A stretch of DNA of 32,000 bases, from contig JAZDEL010000009.1 of NCBI GenBank assembly GCA_043808785.1, positions 120,001 to 152,000 on the forward strand, read 5' to 3'. Each line of letters starts with the position of its first letter. Within the stretch, counting starts at the first letter, position 1. Positions 24,344 to 31,475 of the stretch are shown in pieces. The notes beneath the pieces are model-generated. The model saw nothing but the letters and a program-made list of their open reading frames with translations. It did not search any database and was not told the DNA's origin. A program made the position numbers and the translations under genes. Origin of the DNA: Candidatus Iainarchaeum sp. GTDB lineage: Archaea > Iainarchaeota > Iainarchaeia > Iainarchaeales > JAZDEL01.

Positions 24344-25387
24344 GTGGGCCTTATGGGCGGTGCGACATACGGCGCAGCGGGCGTCGACATCGAAAAGGGC
24401 AATTCCATAGTACGGGGCATAAAAGGGCTTGCGGAAAGCACGCACAACAAAAGCGTGCTTACAGGCATAGGCTTGTTTGGCGGGGTTGTGGATGCCTCGC
24501 GCCTGAAAAAATACAAAAACCCCGTGCTTGTTTCGAGCATCGACGGTGTCGGGACAAAACTCACGGTTGCCGCAATGGCGGGGAAGTGGGATACCGTAGG
24601 CATCGACCTGGTTAACCACTCCGCGAACGACATAGCGACCCTCGGCGCGGAACCCTTGTTTTTCCTGGATTATGTCGCGGGGGCGAAACTTGAGCAAAAT
24701 GTTGTTGTTGAAATTGTGAAAGGAATGGCAGGCGCGTGCAGGGAACTCGGCATGCCTTTGGTCGGGGGGGAAACCGCTGAAATGCCCGGCGTGTATAATG
24801 AAGGGGAGTATGACCTTGCGGGGTGCATTGTCGGGGTTGCGGAAAAGGGCAAACTGCTCACAGGCGAAAAAATCCGCGCAGGGGATGTTTTGATTTCCCT
24901 GCCCTCGAACGGATTGCACACGAACGGTTACTCACTTGCGAGGAAGGTTTTGTTTCAGGATGCGGGATATGATGTGGGCACGCACCTGCCAGAACTTGGC
25001 ACAACTGTTGGTGCCGCCCTGCTAGCGCCCCATACTTGCTACTCAAAAGCCGTGCTCGCGCTCAACAAGAAGGGCCTGCTCAAGGGCGCTGCACACATTA
25101 CCGGGGGAGGGATAACAGATAACCTTCCGAGGATTCTGCCAAACGGGTTAGGTGCTGGGATTGAAACAGCAAGCCTGCACGTGCCGCCAATTTTCAAACT
25201 CATTAAGGGGAAAGGGAATGTCTCGCACGATGAAATGTTCCGCACATTTAATATGGGTGTCGGCATGATTCTTGTTGTTTCCGCAAAGCACGCGAAAGCC
25301 GCGGCAAGGGAACTGGCAAATAAATATAAAACAAAAGCGCAAGTTATTGGCTCTGTTGTAAATGGTAACGGTGTAAACTATGCCTGA
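24344..25387 (+). CDS. purM: AIR synthetase (FGAM cyclo-ligase)
   Basis: GIGLFGG, SIDGVGTKL, GGETAEMPG and NGLHTNGYSLARK. GTG 24344 abuts the purB TGA; the alternative start is ATG 24353. Confidence 0.95.
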   Translation: MGLMGGATYGAAGVDIEKGNSIVRGIKGLAESTHNKSVLTGIGLFGGVVDASRLKKYKNPVLVSSIDGVGTKLTVAAMAGKWDTVGIDLVNHSANDIATLGAEPLFFLDYVAGAKLEQNVVVEIVKGMAGACRELGMPLVGGETAEMPGVYNEGEYDLAGCIVGVAEKGKLLTGEKIRAGDVLISLPSNGLHTNGYSLARKVLFQDAGYDVGTHLPELGTTVGAALLAPHTCYSKAVLALNKKGLLKGAAHITGGGITDNLPRILPNGLGAGIETASLHVPPIFKLIKGKGNVSHDEMFRTFNMGVGMILVVSAKHAKAAARELANKYKTKAQVIGSVVNGNGVNYA

Positions 25388-26027
25388 TGCCGGGGACGGG
25401 GAAATAAAGCTTACCCTCCTGCAGGAGGAAACCCTGAAGGAGATGGCGAACGTCGGCGCTGCGCGCGCCACGGACACGCTTGCTAAACTGACAAACATTT
25501 CGCTTGAGATAAAGGTGCCGTACATACAACTGCTGCACCTTGAGGGCGTTTTCGGCGGGCTTGTTGCGCCGAGGGAGATGCTTGTTTCCCTGCCCCTGAA
25601 TGTTTTCGGGAAGGACAGGGCGATAATCTGCGTTATCTGCAAAAGGAAGGCGGCAATGCACCTTGTTGACCTGCTCTTCGGCAAGCAACTCGGGCACACC
25701 CTGAAGATGGAGGAGCGCGAGATAAGCGCGTTCCTTGAGATTTCAAACATAATCCTTAACAGCTACATAACCGAAATGTCCGAGTTTTTCAAGACCGAAT
25801 TCGCGCCCTCCGCGCCGAGGATTGTGCTTGAACCGGAAAGCCTTCAGGAGGAGTTCAGGGAAACAGTTGATGAAAAAACCGCGTTCGCGCTCGTGCTCGG
25901 CACGCGCTTCAGGGTAATGCATTCGGAAACAATTGCGGCGCAGTTCACGCTGATTGTGGGGCTGAAGACGCTGGACAAGCTGAAGAAGGCAATAGACGGA
26001 AAGGTAAAGGAGCAGGTAATATTCTGA
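25380..26027 (+). CDS. cheC: CheC-family CheY-P phosphatase-like protein
   Basis: Both CheC active-site signatures [DS]xxxExxNx22P are present: ETLKEMAN(x22)P at aa 17-47 (E at position 1) and SAFLEISN(x22)P at aa 116-146. At 215 aa the protein is CheC-sized. The ATG overlaps the purM stop by 8 nt. Confidence 0.8.
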   Translation: MPDAGDGEIKLTLLQEETLKEMANVGAARATDTLAKLTNISLEIKVPYIQLLHLEGVFGGLVAPREMLVSLPLNVFGKDRAIICVICKRKAAMHLVDLLFGKQLGHTLKMEEREISAFLEISNIILNSYITEMSEFFKTEFAPSAPRIVLEPESLQEEFRETVDEKTAFALVLGTRFRVMHSETIAAQFTLIVGLKTLDKLKKAIDGKVKEQVIF

Positions 26028-26041
26028 TTTTCCCCGCGGGG
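26028..26041 (+). terminator. T-run followed by palindrome CCCCGCGGGG right after the cheC-like stop
   Basis: TTTT (26028-31) plus a self-complementary 10-mer. An oligo-T tract is the usual archaeal termination signal. Confidence 0.3.
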
Positions 26042-26192
26042 GAGGGGGGAGCGGGGCAATATTCCGGCGGCGCATGGCTTGCCTGCGGTTTGGGGCACTG
26101 ATTGCAGGCGTGCAATATTCTGCCGCTGCGCCTGCGCAGGTTGCGGCTTCGCCTGCTGCTGGCAGGGCTTTCGCGCATGGGCAAACAGGGCT

Positions 26193-26549
26193 TCAGAGGG
26201 CCTGCTTAACCTTGTCCCTGATTTCTTTCGCCCCTATGGGCTTGGTAAGGTATGCGTCCGCGCCAAGTTCCTTTGCATTCTTGAAATAACTCGGCTGGCT
26301 AACCGCGCTTATCACAACAACCTTTGTTTTCGGCAGGCTCTTCTTTATTTCGGCAAGCGCCTCCATTCCGCTCTTGCCCACAAGGATAAGGTCAAGGAGT
26401 ATCAGCGCGGGCTTTGTCGCAAGCGCCTTCTTCACGGCTTCCTCGCCGCTTGACGCCTCTTCTATATCCTTCAGGCCGTCGAGCGCGAGCGCGTCCTTTA
26501 TCATCATGCGCGTGTAGCCCGAGTCGTCGACAATAAGTATTTTCGGCAT
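26193..26549 (-). CDS. Stand-alone CheY-like response regulator receiver
   Basis: MPKILIVDDSGYTRMMIKD with D8, D9, D53 (LLDLIL), S81 and K103 (LTKP). There is no output domain. It closely resembles the bacterial CheY N-terminus as I recall it. Confidence 0.88.
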   Translation of the reverse strand: MPKILIVDDSGYTRMMIKDALALDGLKDIEEASSGEEAVKKALATKPALILLDLILVGKSGMEALAEIKKSLPKTKVVVISAVSQPSYFKNAKELGADAYLTKPIGAKEIRDKVKQAL

Positions 26550-26639
26550 GTTTCCGCCTTTGCATTACCTTTGCACTATATTAAACTGTTACATATATAT
26601 AAAAGTTTGGTTATTAGGGTTAGTGGAGAGGGTTTGCGC

Positions 26640-27800
26640 ATGACTGAGTTTTACAGCAGGGAGGGGGCAATCAAATTCTTCGTCTCAGGCTCCGCTGCTG
26701 CGGTTCTTTTTTACCTCGCCCTCACCTTTTGGTTTTCCGTGCACCCGCGCATTGCCGCGGAAGCCGCGGTTTTTGCGTCCATTCTTGCGCTGACGGGGAG
26801 GTTCCTTTTCGCGTTATGGAGGGAGCAATACCCGCACACAAGGACGGCATACCTCATGGTCGTGGGCTCTGCAATGCTAATATTCATATTTGTATTTGAC
26901 ATGTATGCCCAGCTGACCGGTACGGAGATAGGCAATGAGCCCGTGCCTGTTTTGGCCGGGATTGCCTTTGTGCTCGGGTTCATATTTTTCGTTGCGGGCT
27001 TCTGGATATGGGTGCTTGCTATATCGGCAAGCAGGACAAAGGCACTTGAAGGGAACTCGCGCGCCCTTCAGGAATCCGAAAAAACAAGGCACGAGTTCAT
27101 AGACATGATTACGCACCAATTGAAGACGCCCCTCACCCCCGTGAAGGGCTATTCGGAAATGCTGCTGAACGATGATTTCGGCAAACTGACGCCGAAGCAG
27201 CGCGAAGCAATGGGGGTGATACACGGCAGCGTTGCGCAGCTCGACGATTTGATAACGAAAATGCTGCACATCTCAAGGCTCGAGGCGGGGAAGATGAGCC
27301 TTGCAAAGGCGAGCGTAAGCATAGGGGATGTCGTGAAAGCCGTGCTTGCTGAAACGCAGGCATTTGCAGGGGCAAAGGACATAACCCTCCTCTCCGAAGT
27401 TCCGGAGAGCCTGCCGAAGGTAAGTGCGAATAAGGATGCGGTAATTTCAGTGCTCAGCAACCTTGTGCACAACGCGATAAAATTCACGCCCCACACGGGG
27501 AAGATTGCAATCGAGGCAAAGGAAAGGGCGGAGGATGTGCTTGTTGCGGTCAGGGACAACGGCGTCGGCATTTCAGAGGAAAGGCTTGCGCACACATTCG
27601 ACAGGTTCCATGCTGCCACGCCCGCGACAGACGGCACCACAATCGGCGCGGGCCTCGGCCTGAGCATATGCAGAAGCATAATCAACGCGCACGGCGGGAA
27701 GATATGGGCGGAAAGCGAGCTGGGAGTCGGCTCCATATTCTATTTCACGCTGCCGAAGGAAGTGCCGAAGGAAGGGGTAATGACGGAGCCAAAGCAGTGA
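26640..27800 (+). CDS. Membrane-bound sensor histidine kinase (HisKA + HATPase_c)
   Basis: About 5 N-terminal TM segments. H-box HEFIDMITHQLKTPL, N-box NLVHNAIKFT, G1 DNGVGI, F FDRF and G2 GAGLGLSIC. ATG 26640 is preceded by GGAG, and TATATATAAAA is at 26594-26604. Confidence 0.88.
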   Translation: MTEFYSREGAIKFFVSGSAAAVLFYLALTFWFSVHPRIAAEAAVFASILALTGRFLFALWREQYPHTRTAYLMVVGSAMLIFIFVFDMYAQLTGTEIGNEPVPVLAGIAFVLGFIFFVAGFWIWVLAISASRTKALEGNSRALQESEKTRHEFIDMITHQLKTPLTPVKGYSEMLLNDDFGKLTPKQREAMGVIHGSVAQLDDLITKMLHISRLEAGKMSLAKASVSIGDVVKAVLAETQAFAGAKDITLLSEVPESLPKVSANKDAVISVLSNLVHNAIKFTPHTGKIAIEAKERAEDVLVAVRDNGVGISEERLAHTFDRFHAATPATDGTTIGAGLGLSICRSIINAHGGKIWAESELGVGSIFYFTLPKEVPKEGVMTEPKQ

Positions 27801-27876
27801 GAAAACACGCCGTGGGAAGGGGGCTTTGCAGCCGAGGCAGGCGGGGAAAGCTGGCATGCTGCAGCCTTCGGATAAT

Positions 27877-28917
27877 TCAGGAAAGCCTCTGCGCCTGCCT
27901 CAGGAAAAGCCTGAACACGCGCATCTGGTTTTGCGGAAGGGGCGCAAGCAGCCTGTCTCCGAGCAAATCCAGAACCAATAATTGCGGCTTGTTTGATTTT
28001 TCGCGCAAACTGGCGAGGGTTTTTTCGGGCACATGCATATTGCCGAACTTTTCCTTTTCCCGCACCATGCGCAGGCAAAAATAAACCGCAGCGCTTACTT
28101 TCCACCTTTCCGCTGTGCTGCTGAGTTTCTGCCAGTCTATTGCCTTGCCCTTGCCGCAGCAGTAATATTCAATCGTTTCATTGATATCAACCAAATCCCT
28201 GAGCAGGCTCTGCATGCCGTGCGAGAACCCTGAGTGCAGGCAGAGGTAGCACACCTGCTTCTCGGGGGAGAGCTGCAGCGCCTTTGCGCCGTCAAGGCGG
28301 AACGGAACCGCATCGCCCCACAAATCGCTTTCTTCGGGCCTCACGAAATAGTTGAGTTCCCAGTGCGTGTCAAGGGTCGCACCCTCGATTGCGAACTGCG
28401 GCAGCTGGCAGCCGTTCTTCAGCCTTTGCTCTTTTGTTTTTGCGTAATCATGCACCGCAAGCCAGCCCTGGCGTGCGAGAACCTGCTCAAGCGCCCCTAT
28501 ATCCACGCGCCTTATGAGCAAATCTATATCCCCGACCTGCTTCAGGCCGTCATCTGAAAATTTCTGCGCGGTTGAAATGCCCTTCGGGATTATTGCGGGA
28601 ATTTTATTTTTTTTAAGAGCGAGCAAAAGCCCGCGGGCGCGGGAAAAAACAAGCATATTGTGCCGCACGATTTTTTTGCGCTCGTTGTGCAGTTCCTCCA
28701 TAACGTCCTGCGGAACCCTGCCTTTAAACTTGCTGAGGCTGTTGTGCAGCAGCGGAACCATGCCCTGCTGCCCTGCAAGTTTTTTTATTTTTTCCCAATT
28801 CAGGGGCGAGGAGAGAAGCCGTGCTATTTCAGCCCTTTCCCGCTCCCCGAGCCTGCTCCTTGCGCACAAAAGCAGCAGTTTTTGCTCGTTTTCCAATTCA
28901 GGCACCCCTGCAAACAT
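27877..28917 (-). CDS. Uncharacterised nucleotidyltransferase-family protein (PF14907 / NTP_transf_5-like)
   Basis: The N-terminus ENEQKLLLLCARSRLGERERAEIARLLSSPLNWEKIKKLAGQQGMVPLL is typical of this family. GDIDLLI is a nucleotidyltransferase-like G(D)xD motif. ATG 28917 lies about 30 nt from ATAAATAAGG. Confidence 0.65.
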   Translation of the reverse strand: MFAGVPELENEQKLLLLCARSRLGERERAEIARLLSSPLNWEKIKKLAGQQGMVPLLHNSLSKFKGRVPQDVMEELHNERKKIVRHNMLVFSRARGLLLALKKNKIPAIIPKGISTAQKFSDDGLKQVGDIDLLIRRVDIGALEQVLARQGWLAVHDYAKTKEQRLKNGCQLPQFAIEGATLDTHWELNYFVRPEESDLWGDAVPFRLDGAKALQLSPEKQVCYLCLHSGFSHGMQSLLRDLVDINETIEYYCCGKGKAIDWQKLSSTAERWKVSAAVYFCLRMVREKEKFGNMHVPEKTLASLREKSNKPQLLVLDLLGDRLLAPLPQNQMRVFRLFLRQAQRLS

Positions 28918-29012
28918 TAACAATAATAACAATAACTCATTCCTTATTTATGCATAGGGGGTTTTACTGCAGGGGCATGCGCAATTGAAACAATATTATG
29001 CACGGGGATTTT

Positions 29013-29798
29013 ATGGCTGGAACCTACGCAATTGAAACAACGAACCTCTGCAAGAGCTATGCAGGGTTCAGGGGTTTCAGGGAACTGATTAAGCATCCGC
29101 TCCAAAAAAAGGGAACCCTTGCATTGGACGGGGTGAGCCTGCGTGTCAAGCGGGGGGAAATCTTCGGTTTGCTTGGGGAGAACGGCGCGGGGAAAACCAC
29201 GCTCATAAAGGTGCTGTGCACGCTTCTCCTGCCAAACAGCGGTACCGCAAAGGTGAACGGCTTTGATGTTGTGAACGAGGGGCAGAGGGTTAAGGAGAGC
29301 ATAGGGCTCGTGAACTGCGAGGAGAGGAGCTTCTTCTGGCGCCTGAACGGCAGGCAGAACCTCGAGTTCTTTGCCGCACTGCATAACCTCGGGCATGCGG
29401 AAGCAAAAGAGCGGGCAGCGTATGCGCTGGATGTTGTCGGGCTCACGGAAAAGGCTGACGAGCTTTACTGCCAGTACTCAAGCGGCATGAAGCAGCGCCT
29501 CAGCATTGCGCGCGGGCTGCTGAACAACCCTGAGATTCTGCTTATGGACGACCCTTTTGTTGCGCTTGACCCGAATATTGCGAGGAAGACGGGCAAGTTC
29601 ATCAAAGGGACGCTTGCAGGGAAGATGGGGAAAACGGTTTTCTTCGCAACGCACAATTTGCGGGAAGCGGAGAAGCTCTGCAGCAGGGTTGCGGTTCTGC
29701 ACCACGGAAAAATTGCAGCCTGTAATTCGCTTGCGGCTTTCGGGAAAAGGGGCGGCATTGAAAAGGCATTCGGGCAGGCAACGGGGGATGGAATATGA
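29013..29798 (+). CDS. ABC transporter ATP-binding protein (ABC-2 / Wzt-TagH-like class) with atypical Walker B
   Basis: Walker A GENGAGKTT, signature YSSGMKQRLSIA, Walker B ILLMDDP (D in place of the catalytic E) and H-loop FATHN. ATG 29013 is preceded by GGGGA; the alternative start is 28998. Confidence 0.88.
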   Translation: MAGTYAIETTNLCKSYAGFRGFRELIKHPLQKKGTLALDGVSLRVKRGEIFGLLGENGAGKTTLIKVLCTLLLPNSGTAKVNGFDVVNEGQRVKESIGLVNCEERSFFWRLNGRQNLEFFAALHNLGHAEAKERAAYALDVVGLTEKADELYCQYSSGMKQRLSIARGLLNNPEILLMDDPFVALDPNIARKTGKFIKGTLAGKMGKTVFFATHNLREAEKLCSRVAVLHHGKIAACNSLAAFGKRGGIEKAFGQATGDGI

Positions 29799-30613
29799 GG
29801 CTGCGCCTGTTCAACACTGTTTTCGCCTTCCTGAAAAGGGATATCGCAATGGAGGCAAGCTACAAACTCTCCTTCCTTACGGAGTTCCTCGGCATTTTCT
29901 TTGCTGTGCTGAGTTTTTACTTCATCAGCAGGCTCATGGGCGCGGCAGCGCAACCGCTCCTTGTGCAATACGGCGGGGATTATTTCAGCTTTGTTTTAAT
30001 CGGCATTGCTTTCACGGCATACCTTTCAACAGCCCTTGGAACATTCTCGGGCACAATCAGGCAGGCACAGGTTATGGGCACGCTTGAATCAATGCTCGTA
30101 ACCCCCACAAGCTTCACGGTTATGCTATTCGCCTCCTCGGGGTGGAGCTTCATTACCACGACAATAAATGTAATTATCCACCTCCTTTTCGGCATTTTTG
30201 TTTTCGGGGTTGATTTGGGGAACGCGGACATCCCCGCGGCGATTGCAATCCTTTTGCTCACAATTGTTTCCTTCGGCGCTGCGGGCATAATTTCCGCCTG
30301 CACAATCCTGCTTTTCAAGCGCGGCAATATTTTTGCATGGGCTTTCAGCAGCGTATCCGCGCTCCTGTGCGGCACCCTTTACCCCATAACAATCCTTCCC
30401 GCCTGGCTGCAGGCATTCTCATATTTTCTGCCGCTGACATATGCCCTGCACGGAATAAGGCTTGCGCTTTTGCAGGGCTACTCTTTGGGCGCGCTTGCGG
30501 GGGATTTGCTTGCGCTGCTTGCATTTGCGGTTGTGCTCGTTCCTTTGAGCATTGCAGTGCTGCGTTTCACGCTCAGGAAGGCAAGGCTGGACGGAAGCAT
30601 TGCGGGCTACTGA
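29795..30613 (+). CDS. ABC-2 type transporter permease
   Basis: 272 aa with six hydrophobic segments. The start overlaps the ATPase stop as ATGA. Confidence 0.85.
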   Translation: MRLRLFNTVFAFLKRDIAMEASYKLSFLTEFLGIFFAVLSFYFISRLMGAAAQPLLVQYGGDYFSFVLIGIAFTAYLSTALGTFSGTIRQAQVMGTLESMLVTPTSFTVMLFASSGWSFITTTINVIIHLLFGIFVFGVDLGNADIPAAIAILLLTIVSFGAAGIISACTILLFKRGNIFAWAFSSVSALLCGTLYPITILPAWLQAFSYFLPLTYALHGIRLALLQGYSLGALAGDLLALLAFAVVLVPLSIAVLRFTLRKARLDGSIAGY

Positions 30614-30638
30614 GCAAAAAGGCGTGCAGCCAGCCCTC

Positions 30639-31397
30639 TCACTTTATTATCATCGGTGCAACTATTGTCTTGTGCTTCCAGTAGGGGCAGCTTTTTGGCG
30701 GGTTTACCCCGCATATCCTGTAATCAATTTTTGAGAACCCTGTGCGCTTCAGCGCATTTAAGTGCTTTGCCGAGAAGCCTTTTTCCTCGTTTGAGTAGTA
30801 AGTGAAAACCCCGCCTTTTTTGAGGAGCGAATACGCCTCCTTGAAAAACGGGTGGTGGTAGCGGAAAACAAGATTCAGCACCTTTTTCTTTGAGGCATCC
30901 TCGACTATGCTGAACCGCGTCTTTGCCTTGCTGCAAAGGTGCGCCCCCCCGAGGTAGTAAGAATCAAACAGGATGCCGTCGAAACTCCCCTTAGGGAACC
31001 TGCCGATTGCGTCCTCCCAGAAGCCGGTTATTACATTTACCTTCCCTTCGGCAATTTCCTTTTTGAACATTTTTTCGGCGTGTGCGGAGATGCCCGGATG
31101 GACCTCTATTATCGTGTGGTTTTTCACCTTCGGGTTTTCCCGGATGGCCCTTGCCGCAAGCCCCATGCCGTAGCCGACCTCAAGGATGTTGCCGCCGTTT
31201 TTTGTGGCGATTGATGCCAGCGTTTTCATGTAGCTGCGTATCCAGGTGTCCATTACCTGCCAGCCGCCCACAGTAAGCGAATTTTTGGTGAAGCAGGCTG
31301 GCTGCCTTATGAAATCCTTCTCGTCGGGTATATTGGCGTAGCTTACCCTCGCATCCCCGGAACCGAGGTAGTTTTGAAGTGATGCGCCTGCAGCCAT
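30639..31397 (-). CDS. GAMT/RMT2-like (guanidino-group) N-methyltransferase
   Basis: VMDTWIRSYMKTLASIATKNGGNILEVGYGMGLAARAI...HTIIE...GFWEDA...PKGSFDGILFDSYYL...LLKKGGVFTYY...PPKSCPYW aligns motif-for-motif with vertebrate guanidinoacetate N-methyltransferase as I recall it. ATG 31397 is preferred; the track start at 31421 is GTG. Confidence 0.7.
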   Translation of the reverse strand: MAAGASLQNYLGSGDARVSYANIPDEKDFIRQPACFTKNSLTVGGWQVMDTWIRSYMKTLASIATKNGGNILEVGYGMGLAARAIRENPKVKNHTIIEVHPGISAHAEKMFKKEIAEGKVNVITGFWEDAIGRFPKGSFDGILFDSYYLGGAHLCSKAKTRFSIVEDASKKKVLNLVFRYHHPFFKEAYSLLKKGGVFTYYSNEEKGFSAKHLNALKRTGFSKIDYRICGVNPPKSCPYWKHKTIVAPMIIK

Positions 31398-31444
31398 AGT
31401 TGAAACCCCCCGGATAACCACTGCTACATTTATCTACAAGCATC

Positions 31445-31452
31445 TTTATAAG
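31445..31452 (+). promoter_or_regulatory. TATA box TTTATAAG for the GT2 gene
   Basis: Centred about 27 nt upstream of GTG 31476. Confidence 0.45.
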
Positions 31453-31475
31453 AATTTCACTAGCCAGTTGGTTCT

